Shown here piece by piece: positions 19,957 through 30,824 of a stretch of 64,000 bases of DNA. Location of the stretch: positions 1 through 64,000 of the forward strand of contig JAEOTA010000004.1 of the NCBI GenBank assembly GCA_016840085.1. Direction: 5' to 3'. Each line of letters begins with the position of its first letter. Within the stretch, counting starts at the first letter, position 1. The stretch is from Promethearchaeota archaeon. Its GTDB lineage: Archaea; Asgardarchaeota; Lokiarchaeia; Sigyniarchaeales; SOKP01. The notes under the pieces were generated by a model. The model did not search any database and was not told the origin of the DNA. It saw nothing but the letters and a program-made list of their open reading frames with translations. A program made the translations under genes and the position numbers.

Positions 19957-20673
19957 TTAGCTTTTTTGGGTTTCTGCTTTACTTAAAGACTTGAATGTAT
20001 ATATTAAACGCTGAACAATAGTTATAATCAATAGAATTATAAAACCCAAGATGAAAAATAAAAAAAACCAAGTAACTGGTGTTGATGATATGATGGGGTT
20101 AAATACAATCCAGGGTGTTCCAATAATAAGTGCTGAAAAATGATATATCCATGTTTCAACGCTTAGAGCAACCATAATTAATATTATTCTTTCAGCCCGC
20201 TCCATGAAACCAACACCTCTCATATCAATACCCTCATTTTCAGCTCTAGCTCGAATATATGAAATCATTATAATTAAAAACATTATCAAATAACCTAACA
20301 AAAAATTAACAAAACCTCCATAAACTAATCCGAGAATCAATAGGGCATCTGATAATCTATCCAAATTTGAGTCAAGAAATGCACCTGTTTTAGTCATTTT
20401 GCCAGTTTTTCTTGCTACAGCACCATCAAAAACGTCAAATGCCCCCGCCCAGAAAATTAGGAAGGGTACAAGCCAAGCAAACCAAAATAAATTATGAATA
20501 AAGTTTAAAGCTATTAGAAAAGTTGCTCCTAATGATAATAAAAACCCTATCAATGAGAGAATATTAGGAGAAAATTTATGTTTAATTAAAAAAGTTATAG
20601 GGCGATCTATAAATTTACTAAGGAGTTGTTTTTGATTTACTCTTTTTTTATTCAGATTTTCGAGATCGCTCAA
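19957..20673 (-). CDS. pgsA: CDP-alcohol phosphatidyltransferase (archaetidylinositol-phosphate synthase-like)
   Basis: DVFDGAVAR...GAFLDSNLDRLSD signature; SYIRARAE; GFMERAER. Confidence 0.9.
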   Translation of the reverse strand: MSDLENLNKKRVNQKQLLSKFIDRPITFLIKHKFSPNILSLIGFLLSLGATFLIALNFIHNLFWFAWLVPFLIFWAGAFDVFDGAVARKTGKMTKTGAFLDSNLDRLSDALLILGLVYGGFVNFLLGYLIMFLIIMISYIRARAENEGIDMRGVGFMERAERIILIMVALSVETWIYHFSALIIGTPWIVFNPIISSTPVTWFFLFFILGFIILLIITIVQRLIYTFKSLSKAETQKS

Positions 20674-20736
20674 ATTGAATTCAAAGCCTTAATAATGTGA
20701 TTATAATTTTAAAAGAACTTTATAATAAAAAATTTA

Positions 20737-21333
20737 TTATAATGCTATTAGGTATAATTTTAACAACCGAATAACGGAGGAAGCTAAATATGATTGGGTT
20801 CCTATGCTGATTTTTGGAAGCTTTAATGCTAATAATTCCTTAGAATCAATAAACTCACCCCCTTGACTTCCTACTATGAAAATAATATTTTCTCTTTCTT
20901 GCATCTTACTTCTCAATTTGAAAAAATTTTCTCCTTTTTCATCTAAAATATATAAAGCATATTTCAAATTTCTAAAGTATTTTATAGCATCCATTATTCT
21001 CTTTTCAGATTTTTTTATTAAACTCAAAGGATTAGAATCTAGATTTTTTTTTTCGGAATTTTTTTGGAGGAAATCAACAAAATAATCTGTTAGAAGTATT
21101 TCATTCTTAGGAAAATTCTTATAATTAAATAACTCTGGTTCAAAAATAAATGTCCCATAGTTATCTAAAAATATCCATATCTGAATATTTTTTTCGAAAG
21201 CATTCTGATCTAATATTGCTGAAAGAATGCATCTTGAAATCACATCTAATCGACCAGAAGATCCGGGAATATCCTTAATTGTGTAGTGATCAATATTAAC
21301 TGTAGCCGATTTAATGAAAAATATTATATTCAT
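20737..21333 (-). CDS. trmY: tRNA pseudouridine(54)-N1 methyltransferase (SPOUT)
   Basis: DIPGSSGRLDVISRCI motif; C-terminal ISIGTQSYLASSVI knot. Confidence 0.82.
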   Translation of the reverse strand: MNIIFFIKSATVNIDHYTIKDIPGSSGRLDVISRCILSAILDQNAFEKNIQIWIFLDNYGTFIFEPELFNYKNFPKNEILLTDYFVDFLQKNSEKKNLDSNPLSLIKKSEKRIMDAIKYFRNLKYALYILDEKGENFFKLRSKMQERENIIFIVGSQGGEFIDSKELLALKLPKISIGTQSYLASSVIRLLKLYLIAL

Positions 21334-21438
21334 AATTTGCTTAAGCTTAATCTTAATTATTTTTAAATTTATAAGAATTAAAATCTTATATTTAAAATAA
21401 TCTTATAATTAAAAATAAAAATGGATGTGACTATATAA

Positions 21439-22254
21439 GTGGGGTTAAAATCTAAGAAAACTAATCCCATGAGAACTGAAGATATTTTCGAACCTGATAG
21501 TAGTTATGCTATAGAAGTAAAAGAATTAAAGAAATATTTCAAAGGAAAATTTGAAACCGTCAAAGCTGTAGATGGAATTTCATTTAAAGTTAAATATGGT
21601 GAACTATTTGGGTTTTTAGGACCAAATGGCGCAGGTAAAACTACAACAATAAATATGTTAACAGGGTTATTAAAACCGACAGAAGGAACTGGAGCTGTAG
21701 GAGGTTATGATATAACAAAAAACTTGAATAGTATTAAACAAATAATAGGTGTGTGTCCACAAGAACCAGCAACTTTTAAATTTCTTACTGGTAAAGAAAA
21801 TATAGAGCTTTTTGGTAATCTGCACTTAATCGCTAAGGAAGTACTAAAAAACCGAACAAGCAAACTGTTAGAAACATTAGATTTATTAGAAGCTAGTAAA
21901 CGAAAGACAAAAGGTTATAGTGGGGGGATGGTTAGACGCTTAAATCTGATAATAGCATTAATTAATAATCCAAAAATAGCATTTCTTGACGAACCAACAG
22001 TAGGGATGGATCCCCGAGCTCGTCGATCGACATGGGAATATATTGGATCTCTCAAAAACGAAGATAAGACAATTATATTAACCACTCACTATATCGAAGA
22101 AGCTGAAGCACTTTGTGATAAAGTAGCTATTATTGATTATGGTAAATTGATAGAACTTGGTTCACCTAAAGAATTAATGGAAAAATACGAGGCTGTAAAT
22201 TTGGAAAAAGTGTTTATGAAAATAACAGGTAGAAGAATCGTGGAGGGGATATAA
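21439..22254 (+). CDS. ABC-2 type ATP-binding protein (DrrA-like)
   Basis: GPNGAGKT, YSGGM, FLDEPT, TTHY. Confidence 0.92.
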   Translation: MGLKSKKTNPMRTEDIFEPDSSYAIEVKELKKYFKGKFETVKAVDGISFKVKYGELFGFLGPNGAGKTTTINMLTGLLKPTEGTGAVGGYDITKNLNSIKQIIGVCPQEPATFKFLTGKENIELFGNLHLIAKEVLKNRTSKLLETLDLLEASKRKTKGYSGGMVRRLNLIIALINNPKIAFLDEPTVGMDPRARRSTWEYIGSLKNEDKTIILTTHYIEEAEALCDKVAIIDYGKLIELGSPKELMEKYEAVNLEKVFMKITGRRIVEGI

Positions 22255-22255
22255 G

Positions 22256-22996
22256 ATGAAAATACAAAGAGTTTTAGCTTTAACAAAAATGGAACTTAAA
22301 AAGGTTGTTAGAGAACCTGCTTATTTGTTTTTAATGTTATTATTTCCCGCGGTTCTTACATTAATATTTGGATTCTCTTTTGGAGATCCTGAACTTGGTA
22401 TGTCTTTTGACTCTATGGTTCCTGGTCTATTTGCATATGCTTGTATTTTTATAATAATGACTGTAGCTCAATCTTTTGCTGACGAACGAGAAGAAGGACT
22501 CTTAAAAAGGATGAATACAACACCAATGACTTCGGGTGAATTCATGGGAAGTAATATAATCTCTAATATGATAATAGCCATTATACAAGTTATAATAGTC
22601 TTTTTATTATCTCTTTTAATGGGTTTTGAGCATCATGGTGATTTTAGTGGAATTATATTGGCATTTCTTATCATAGCTTTATTTTCTTTAAGTTCTGTTG
22701 GATTAGGGCTTATAACAGCAACTATTTCAAAGACTTCTGGAATAGCCACAGGGATATCATTTATATTTATTCTTCCTCAGATGTTTTTTGGAACCTTTAT
22801 ACCAATTACTTCAAATACTCGAGCTATAGCTATGTTTCTTCCAAGTTATTATGTGACTGATGCTTTAACTTCAATCTTTGCTGGTGACCCATTAACTAAT
22901 ATAAATATCTTAGTCGATCTTGCTTTTATCTCAATAATTAGCGTAGTAATTGTAATTATTGGGATACAATTATTCAAAAAATTCGGGAATAAATAA
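22256..22996 (+). CDS. ABC-2 type permease
   Basis: Six TM segments, EREEGLLKRMNTTP motif, coupled to the ATPase. Confidence 0.9.
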   Translation: MKIQRVLALTKMELKKVVREPAYLFLMLLFPAVLTLIFGFSFGDPELGMSFDSMVPGLFAYACIFIIMTVAQSFADEREEGLLKRMNTTPMTSGEFMGSNIISNMIIAIIQVIIVFLLSLLMGFEHHGDFSGIILAFLIIALFSLSSVGLGLITATISKTSGIATGISFIFILPQMFFGTFIPITSNTRAIAMFLPSYYVTDALTSIFAGDPLTNINILVDLAFISIISVVIVIIGIQLFKKFGNK

Positions 22997-23310
22997 AAAG
23001 AGTGGTAAAATTTACTTTAATAAATTTAAAATATTTATATTTATTTCTCTTTATTTGATACTTTTTTTATAATGGATAAATATAAAACCAGAATTTAGTT
23101 TAATAGCTTAAAATTTAAGTGCAAAACAAATTTTGAATCTATTATTCCATATCTGGTTTGAAAAATTGATCTCTATGTTTATCTTAAAAATAATTACACT
23201 AAATTTCATATTATTTAAAAAAGAAATTCTTAAATTTTTTAAAAACTTACTTGATATGAAAAAATTATAATTTAGTATGAAATTAAAAAATAATCGAGTT
23301 ATTAACTAAG

Positions 23311-25287
23311 ATGACTCATAAAATTGTCTATCCCTTTACAGCTATAATAGGCCAAGATTTAATGAAACTAGCTCTGATATTAAATGCAGTAAATCCAAAA
23401 ATTGGAGGTGTATTAATTCGTGGAATGAAAGGAACTGCTAAATCAACTGCTGTCAGAGCTTTGGCCGAAATTTTACCTGAAATACAATATATTAAATCAT
23501 GTTCATTCAATTGTAATCCCTCAGATCTAAAAGAAATGTGTCATTCTTGTCAAGAAAGATATCAAAACAATCAAATTAATGAGAATGACATCGATACTAA
23601 AAAAATGAGGGTTGTTACTCTTCCTATAAATGCAACTGAAGATAGAGTAGTTGGTACAATTGATATTAAAAGAGCATTAAAGGAAGGATTGAAATTTTTA
23701 GAACCTGGAATTTTAGCTGAAGCTCACAGAAACATTCTTTATATTGATGAGGTTAATCTTTTGGCAGATAACGTTGCAGATATTTTGTTAGATAGTGCTG
23801 CTATGGGATTAAACATAATTGAACGTGAGGGAATTAGTTTTCATCATCCTTCTTGTTTTATTTTAGTTGGAACAATGAATCCCGAAGAGGGAAATTTAAG
23901 ACCCCAACTCCTTGATCGATTTGGATTGAGTATTGGCGTTGAAAGAATTAAAGATGTTGAGAAAAGGGTACAGATTATTAAAAATGTTGAGGAATTTCAA
24001 AACAATCCTCATTTGTTCTTTAAAAAATTTGAAAAAGAACAAAATAACTTAAGATGTAAGATTATTAATGCTAAAGATCTCTTAAACCAAGTGACTATTT
24101 CAGAGGAATTCTTAAAAACAATTGCCAAAATCTGTATTGAATTTGAAACAGATGGCCACAGAGCAGATATAACAATCACTCGCACAGCTAAAACTTTAGC
24201 CGCATTTGAAGGAAGAAATGAAGTAACTGAAGAAGATATAAAAATTGCTGCTAAACTTGCTTTAAATCATAGACTAAAAAAATTACCTTTTGAAGATTAT
24301 TCCTTAGATGAACAGGATATTGAAAGTTTTTTTAATAAAAAAGATAATTCCAACGAACCTGAAAATGAAAAAACTATCGAAGAAAATCTTGAGAATAATC
24401 AAATTTTTAATACTCAAGAAGAGGTTTTTGGGATAGATGATTCAGTTAAAACAGAAGATTTAATTAAAGAGAAAAAATACAGGAAAAGGTTAAATGTGTC
24501 TGGTCAAAGAGTGGCACATCCCACTAACGATTCAAAAGGTAAATATATAGGGGGTATTAAGCCTAAAAAGTTCAATTTTTCTTATTCTAATAGTATTGCT
24601 ATTAATGAAACCATAAATAAGGCTGCCTTAGATTCTGAAAATCAAGAATTAATCAAAAATGGGAAGAGTATCCTCATTAAGGAAGATCATATTCATTTAA
24701 AAAAAAGAAGGGGAAAATCAAGTTATTTAGTTATTTTTTGTGTTGATGCTTCTGGCTCTATGGGCGTTAATGAACGAATGAAAATTGTCAAAGGTGCAAT
24801 TTTTTCCCTTCTTCAAAGTAATTATATTTATAGAGATAAAGTATCTCTTGTAGTTTTTAGAAAAGATAAAGCAGAGGTGATATTGCCGCCAACAAGGAGT
24901 ACTGATTTAGCATATAAGTTATTGAAAGATATTCCAACAGGAGGGACTACTCCATTAGTCTCAGGACTAATGAAATCAGTTGAAATTGCCCTCGAAGAGA
25001 TTCGTAAGAAGACTGGATATATCCCCTTAATTGTTCTTCTGACAGATGCAAGAGGTAATGTATATTTCAATGATGCAGTTGAAGATATTATTAAAGCTGG
25101 TAAATATATCGCTAAAAATGAAATTAATATGATCATTATTGATACTGAAAGTTCAGAAATCAAATTAGAAATTAGTAAAAAACTATCAGAAGTATCAAAT
25201 GCAGCTTATTACCATATCGATAATCTAAATGAAGTCAATCTAAACCGAGTTTTATCTTTAGAGGGAATTTGTGAAGATAAGGATTAA
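23311..25287 (+). CDS. Class I chelatase AAA+/vWA subunit (ChlD/BchD-like)
   Basis: [35 protein letters not shown]; C-terminal v[26 protein letters not shown]. Confidence 0.92.
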   Translation: MTHKIVYPFTAIIGQDLMKLALILNAVNPKIGGVLIRGMKGTAKSTAVRALAEILPEIQYIKSCSFNCNPSDLKEMCHSCQERYQNNQINENDIDTKKMRVVTLPINATEDRVVGTIDIKRALKEGLKFLEPGILAEAHRNILYIDEVNLLADNVADILLDSAAMGLNIIEREGISFHHPSCFILVGTMNPEEGNLRPQLLDRFGLSIGVERIKDVEKRVQIIKNVEEFQNNPHLFFKKFEKEQNNLRCKIINAKDLLNQVTISEEFLKTIAKICIEFETDGHRADITITRTAKTLAAFEGRNEVTEEDIKIAAKLALNHRLKKLPFEDYSLDEQDIESFFNKKDNSNEPENEKTIEENLENNQIFNTQEEVFGIDDSVKTEDLIKEKKYRKRLNVSGQRVAHPTNDSKGKYIGGIKPKKFNFSYSNSIAINETINKAALDSENQELIKNGKSILIKEDHIHLKKRRGKSSYLVIFCVDASGSMGVNERMKIVKGAIFSLLQSNYIYRDKVSLVVFRKDKAEVILPPTRSTDLAYKLLKDIPTGGTTPLVSGLMKSVEIALEEIRKKTGYIPLIVLLTDARGNVYFNDAVEDIIKAGKYIAKNEINMIIIDTESSEIKLEISKKLSEVSNAAYYHIDNLNEVNLNRVLSLEGICEDKD

Positions 25288-25308
25288 AACATTTTTTGTT
25301 ACTTTAAA

Positions 25309-28300
25309 ATGATTGATAAGAAGATTCCAAAAATAACACTTGTTTCTGCTACTGTATTTGCTAGATGGCTAACAGAGGCAATCTCAGAAATTTACAAAGA
25401 AATGGGAAAAGTATTTGAATTTAAAATATACTTCTTGAATGATATTGAATCTGAGAAAACGAATAAAGAGGATTTTATTAAAGAGATTTATGATTCTGAT
25501 ATATTACTTATTGATTTAAGAGGAAATTGTTTAACTGCAGAGATAATAGTCGAAACGTATAATAAAATGGAAAATGAAGATCCTGAACTATTTAATTCGA
25601 AAATTATTATATCTTTAGTAGGAGGAAACAGTGAAATCCGAAGATTAACTAAAATGGGATCATTTTTAGCACGAAAGATACCTTCACCCGAACAAAAGGG
25701 ATACGGAACCGATGAAATCCCTGATTTGACCAATGCTGTAAGATTTGGTAAAAGAATGAGTTCCTTTATTAAAAATCTTGGTCGATTTTTTCCTATTAAA
25801 GTATTAAGACACGCAAGATATTGGGTTCTGATGATGGATTACTGGGTATATGGCTTGGCAGGTTTAGCAGAAAACCATAAAAATATGATCTTATTTTTGC
25901 TTAAACATTACTTAGGATATAAGAATATAGAAGTCCAGAATCCGATTAAAATTCCATCATTTGGGATTTATGATATTAATTTAAATCGATACTTTGATGA
26001 TTTAGAAGATTATTTAAGAGTTAAACCCCTTAATGTACAAAAACAAACAATAGGTTTATTTTTTTATGGAGGATTATATTTTGAACAATCATTGCCTATT
26101 GTAGAAGAATTTATTCAGAACCTAACAGACTTTAATATTATCCCTGTTTTTTCTGACGTCTTAACGAACTTAGAAGCTCATAAAAAGTTTTTCTTCAAAG
26201 ATGGTAAGAGTATAGTTAGTGGTGTTATAAATCTTCAATATTTCCAATTGAATGGGGGACCTTTTGGGGGGGATGGATCTATTACTTTAGATCTGTTCAA
26301 AGAAATGAATGTCCCTCACTTCAACCCCATTATTCAATTTGATATGCCTTTTGAAGAATACATTAAATCCAAAGAAGGAATTATTCCTATTAATCAAATA
26401 ATTGCTGTTGTGATGCCTGAACTAGATGGAAGGTTTGAAATGAATACTGTTGGATGTATCAAAAATTTAGGATATTCTGAACAAATTCATTCTGATGTAC
26501 TTGAAGTTACACCTATAAGTGAAAATATCTTTTTAGTCTGTAATCGAATTAGAAAATGGTTAAATTTAAGACAAAAATTAAATTCAGAGAAAAAAATTGC
26601 TTTAATCATTTATAATTATCCTCCTGGTGAAGATAAAATTGGAAACGCAGCATATTTAGATGTATGTGAATCTGTTCGCAATCTAATTAATAAACTCGTT
26701 AACGAGGGTTACAATGTAAAAAATATCCCTGAAGATAAAAACCTTGCTGATATTTTTATTGAAGGAGGATCAATTAATAAAGCAAAACATGTAGCGATTT
26801 CAAATTTTAAAGGAGTAATTTTAAATAAAGAGGATTATTTAAAGTTGATTTCCGATTTACCAGAAGAATTAAAACAAGAAATTTATGAATACTGGGACAC
26901 TCCGGTTGGTAAAATAATGACCCAGAATTCAAGCATACAACTACCAATCATTAAATTAAATAATCTATATTTATGCTTACAACCCTCTCGAAGTACAGTT
27001 TCGGGGGATTCTACTGAATACCATAATAAAAATTTGCCACCACATCATCAATATATAGCATTTTATAGATATCTTGAAAGAATACTTAATGTAGATGCTA
27101 TTATTAATATTGGAACCCATGGAACTGAAGAATTTTTGCCAGGTAAGGAGTGCGCAGGAGGTATTAGCGATTTTCCAATTAATTTATTGGGAGATATTCC
27201 AAATCTCTATTACTACCATATTACTAATACAAGTGAATCTGCAATAGCAAAAAGGAGAGCTAATGCATTGATCATCAATCATGCTGGCCCATCTTTTAAA
27301 AATTGTGATTTATATGAAGAAATAGAATATTTAGAAATATTACTAAAAGAATATTTATCTGAATTCAATTTTAATATTCAAAATCCTTCAAATGGTATGA
27401 AATCTGAAAGAATTGAAGACTTAGAAAAAGAAATAAAAGATTTAGCAAAAAAGTTAGAATTAAAATATAATAACTTCTCTGAATTAGAGGATGTATTGTA
27501 TCGTTATAAAACATCCATAATACCTATGGGTCTTCATATATTGGGTAAAAAATATGACCTACAAGAGAAAAAAGATATTATTAAAATGATAATATTACAT
27601 TCTGTAGAAAAACCAGATGAAATCGACATATTTCTTTCAAAATTATTCGAAAATGAAAAAGAGAAGGCAGAAAAACTTGATATTTTTATAGATCAAATAC
27701 TAAATCAAATTAACTCTGCTCTGAATACAAATAATATTGATATTACAAAAATCTCTAAATCAATTGAATTATTCAACCATATTAGTGATCAAGAAATTAA
27801 CTATTTTGTTAAATGGATAATTGATTTGGTAAATAGGATGGATAATTCAATGGAAATGGATAATTTAATTCATGCATTAGAAGGAGGGTATATTCAGCCA
27901 GGGTTGGGTGGAGATCCTATCAGATCTCCTCATATTTTTCCAACAGGTAGAAATTCTTATGGTTTTGATCCCAGATTAATCCCTAATAGTACCGCTTATA
28001 AAAGAGGATCAGAAATCGCAGAAAATTTATTAAAAAGATATTATAAAGAAAATGGTACATATCCTGAAACGGTTAGTGTAGTTTTATGGGCTTTTGAAAC
28101 AATGAAGACTGGTGGAGAAACAATAGGACAAATTTTTAATTATCTAGGAGTAAGGGCTGTAAAAAATAAATCTATTTGGACAACTGAATTTGAAATCATC
28201 CCTTTAGAAGAGATGACTCATCCTAGAATTAATGTTCTTACTACAATCTGCGGAATATTTAGAGACACTTTCCCTTATTTATTAGATTTAATTAATCGTG

Positions 28301-29118
28301 CAATTGAAGCAGTAGCAGAATTAGATGAGCCTTTTAACAAAAATTTTATCAGAAAAACCTATATAGAACTCAAAAATCAAAGAGTTGAAGCGCCCATTGC
28401 AAGAGTTTTTGGTCCGCCTCCTGGTAAATACAATACAAATCTTACTGATATTATCTCTGCTGGAAAATGGAATGAAGAAAAAGAATTAGTTGATGATTAT
28501 ATTAATAATATGTGTTTTGCATATATGAAAAATCAAAAAGTTAAAAAAAGCCCGAAAACTTTCACTCAAACAGTGGGTAAGGTTAATTTAATGAGTCAGA
28601 TTAGAGATTCAAGTGAATACCATATTACAGATTTAGATCATTACTATGAATTTACGGGAGGTTTAGCTAGAACACATGAACAACTTAGCGGTAAAAAAGC
28701 AAATGTATATATTGCTGATACTTCAAGAAAGAATATTCAAGTAGATCGTCTGGAAGACAGTATAAAAGAGGGAACAATTACACGCAACTTGAACCCTCAA
28801 TGGATAAAATCCATGTTGAAACATAAATATCATGGAGGCCAAAAAGTTGCTGAACGTTTTGAGAATGTTTTAGGACTTGCAGCAACAACTCATGATGTAG
28901 ATAATTGGATTTGGGATAAAAGCTATCAACAATATGTAGAAAACGATGAAATTCGAGAAGCACTTATCGAAAATAACAGATTCGCAATGATGGATATCAT
29001 TAAAAATATGCTGCAAGCAGATGATAGAGATTATTGGGACGCAACTGAAGAACAGACTGACAATTTAAAGAGATTATATTTAGATTTAGAAAACTGGGTT
29101 GAGTCTATTTATCAATAA
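25309..29118 (+). CDS. cobN: CobN/ChlH-family chelatase large subunit
   Basis: VMPELDG, YNYPPG, PPHHQY, GTHGTEEFLPGK, PTGRN, ICGIFRD, DLDHYYE, LNPQWI. Confidence 0.92.
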   Translation: MIDKKIPKITLVSATVFARWLTEAISEIYKEMGKVFEFKIYFLNDIESEKTNKEDFIKEIYDSDILLIDLRGNCLTAEIIVETYNKMENEDPELFNSKIIISLVGGNSEIRRLTKMGSFLARKIPSPEQKGYGTDEIPDLTNAVRFGKRMSSFIKNLGRFFPIKVLRHARYWVLMMDYWVYGLAGLAENHKNMILFLLKHYLGYKNIEVQNPIKIPSFGIYDINLNRYFDDLEDYLRVKPLNVQKQTIGLFFYGGLYFEQSLPIVEEFIQNLTDFNIIPVFSDVLTNLEAHKKFFFKDGKSIVSGVINLQYFQLNGGPFGGDGSITLDLFKEMNVPHFNPIIQFDMPFEEYIKSKEGIIPINQIIAVVMPELDGRFEMNTVGCIKNLGYSEQIHSDVLEVTPISENIFLVCNRIRKWLNLRQKLNSEKKIALIIYNYPPGEDKIGNAAYLDVCESVRNLINKLVNEGYNVKNIPEDKNLADIFIEGGSINKAKHVAISNFKGVILNKEDYLKLISDLPEELKQEIYEYWDTPVGKIMTQNSSIQLPIIKLNNLYLCLQPSRSTVSGDSTEYHNKNLPPHHQYIAFYRYLERILNVDAIINIGTHGTEEFLPGKECAGGISDFPINLLGDIPNLYYYHITNTSESAIAKRRANALIINHAGPSFKNCDLYEEIEYLEILLKEYLSEFNFNIQNPSNGMKSERIEDLEKEIKDLAKKLELKYNNFSELEDVLYRYKTSIIPMGLHILGKKYDLQEKKDIIKMIILHSVEKPDEIDIFLSKLFENEKEKAEKLDIFIDQILNQINSALNTNNIDITKISKSIELFNHISDQEINYFVKWIIDLVNRMDNSMEMDNLIHALEGGYIQPGLGGDPIRSPHIFPTGRNSYGFDPRLIPNSTAYKRGSEIAENLLKRYYKENGTYPETVSVVLWAFETMKTGGETIGQIFNYLGVRAVKNKSIWTTEFEIIPLEEMTHPRINVLTTICGIFRDTFPYLLDLINRAIEAVAELDEPFNKNFIRKTYIELKNQRVEAPIARVFGPPPGKYNTNLTDIISAGKWNEEKELVDDYINNMCFAYMKNQKVKKSPKTFTQTVGKVNLMSQIRDSSEYHITDLDHYYEFTGGLARTHEQLSGKKANVYIADTSRKNIQVDRLEDSIKEGTITRNLNPQWIKSMLKHKYHGGQKVAERFENVLGLAATTHDVDNWIWDKSYQQYVENDEIREALIENNRFAMMDIIKNMLQADDRDYWDATEEQTDNLKRLYLDLENWVESIYQ

Positions 29119-29296
29119 AAAAATGAATTTTTAAATTAATAAATTGATCCTAATCTTAATAAATTACCAGATTCTAAAAATCTTCTATTTTCCTTAGCAA
29201 CAAAGATTTGAATCCGGATTCAAGTTAATCTTTTTCTAATAAAATAACTTTAAATAAAACTAAAATATAAATTATTAAACTTCAAGCCTTTTTTAT

Positions 29297-29791
29297 ATGC
29301 ATTTAGTTCTTACTTTTTTCCATCAAATTAAGGGACCAAGCGTATATCTATCTTATCCCGAAGTTGAGCTAGAAGAAGATATCATCAGCTCTCTAATTAA
29401 ATTTTTTGACCTTGAAATCAACGAAACCTTTTTCGAAATTGTTCTAATCACAAAAAGAAAGAAAATAATAAATCTTCACTTTCAAATTCCTTCTCAGTGG
29501 GCACGTGGAAAGAAAGAATTTGTAATGCTCTCTCTTTTAATGAAAAAAGAATATGAAAGTGAACAGTTTTATGCGTTTTTGGTTGATGCTTCATACAGAA
29601 TTTTAAATACTGATAATGTTTATAAAGCCTTCTATAAATTTGATGATTTTCGAGATGATAACGATATTGAGATAGACCTTACTTTTGAGCAAATAAAGAA
29701 AATACTTATTAATTGTTTAACCCGCTTGATAACCAGAATAGAGGATAAGATTAAAGGAGTAAACAAAAAAGAACCTTTTCCTTTTTCCTAG
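29297..29791 (+). CDS. Hypothetical protein, possible longin/uDENN-like fold
   Basis: N-terminal LVLTFFHQIKGPSVYLSYP resembles the uDENN/longin FxxxxGP start; FQIPSQWARG motif. Confidence 0.55.
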   Translation: MHLVLTFFHQIKGPSVYLSYPEVELEEDIISSLIKFFDLEINETFFEIVLITKRKKIINLHFQIPSQWARGKKEFVMLSLLMKKEYESEQFYAFLVDASYRILNTDNVYKAFYKFDDFRDDNDIEIDLTFEQIKKILINCLTRLITRIEDKIKGVNKKEPFPFS

Positions 29792-29832
29792 AAATAAAAA
29801 TCTTTATAATTAAATTAAACTATTAATATCTT

Positions 29833-30146
29833 GGGACATCAATGACGGAATAATTGCATATTCGAGGGCACATTGAAGCGTTCTGCTAATGATTATGTGT
29901 GCAAAGAACTGCAGACATCCAGAGTAAAAATAATCAATAATATTTAACTGCAAATACATGGGCTCTTAACTTAGCAAAGGTAAGTACCAATGCGATGAAG
30001 ATTAGGGCAGTATCCAACATGCAGATATGATTATGTCCCATTCGCGCATAGAGATTATTGCCTTGCATAGAGAACATTTTTGATTTAAAGGTAATACCTT
30101 AAAATGAGAAAATAGAGTTAGTGTTTTTAGGCTAAATCTATGCGTC
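29833..30146 (+). ncRNA. Candidate structured non-coding RNA, family unassigned
   Basis: TTTATAAT box at 29803-29810; closing stem GGGACAT/ATGTCCC (29833-39/30033-39); several internal hairpins with G-U pairs on the + strand, a K-turn-like motif, and a second domain closed by GCGCATAGA/TCTATGCGT; no ORF of 60 aa or more. Confidence 0.55.
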
Positions 30147-30164
30147 TAAAAAATAAAAAGAGAA

Positions 30165-30635
30165 TTATAACAATCCAATTGTATCCGATCTAAATAATTC
30201 TTTAACTTCTTTACTTATTTCTCCTTGATCTACCTGCAAATATCGATTTAAAATAGTAGATATTGCGGGAGCATATTTTTTCATAATAGCTCTAATGAAT
30301 CCAATTTGAACATTCCGATCAGTACTGATACATAGTACACCTTTTCCTACTTTTATTGCAAAAATCATACCTTCATAATATTCAGTAATTTGTAAATCAA
30401 TATTACCATACCCTAAAATATGGCCTTGCTCTTCACCTGCAATAAAAACAGCTCCCCCTATAGCACCAATTTTCTTAATTGAAATATTCTGATGATCAGA
30501 AAATTTAAACTTAGATTGACTTAATATAGTAACACCAGTATCATCTATTATAATAACGTTATTTAATCCTGGCGCGCTATTAATGATTGAAGTAAGTATT
30601 TTTTTTAATTTAAATTCGTCATCAGAATAACTCAA
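30165..30635 (-). CDS. Roadblock/LC7 domain protein
   Basis: VIIIDDTGVTILS...IGAIGGAVFIAGEEQGHILGYGNIDLQITEY...GFIRAIMK pattern. Confidence 0.85.
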   Translation of the reverse strand: MSYSDDEFKLKKILTSIINSAPGLNNVIIIDDTGVTILSQSKFKFSDHQNISIKKIGAIGGAVFIAGEEQGHILGYGNIDLQITEYYEGMIFAIKVGKGVLCISTDRNVQIGFIRAIMKKYAPAISTILNRYLQVDQGEISKEVKELFRSDTIGLL

Positions 30636-30824
30636 ATATTTGTCAACCTATTAAAATAAATAACTAAATTAAATGGTTTTTTTTAAGTTATAAAAATATT
30701 TATTAAAACCTAACTATATATAATTTCCTTAGACCTACTTTAGTTAATAAAGAAATTATTTTTATAAAAATTTAAGTAGGTTGTTTATTTTTCTACGGTC
30801 CGCAAGAAAAAATTATATGTAGCC

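Noticed and set aside
29841-29900. SECIS-like ATGA...GA motif
   Set aside because: Stem geometry does not fit, and the upstream ORF has no in-frame TGA
29833-30040. Reading the GGGACAT...ATGTCCCA element as another multi-intron tRNA (Lys-like GGCT-CTT-AAC at 29961-29970)
   Set aside because: No U8/D arm or T arm can be rebuilt with BHB-rule junctions on either strand
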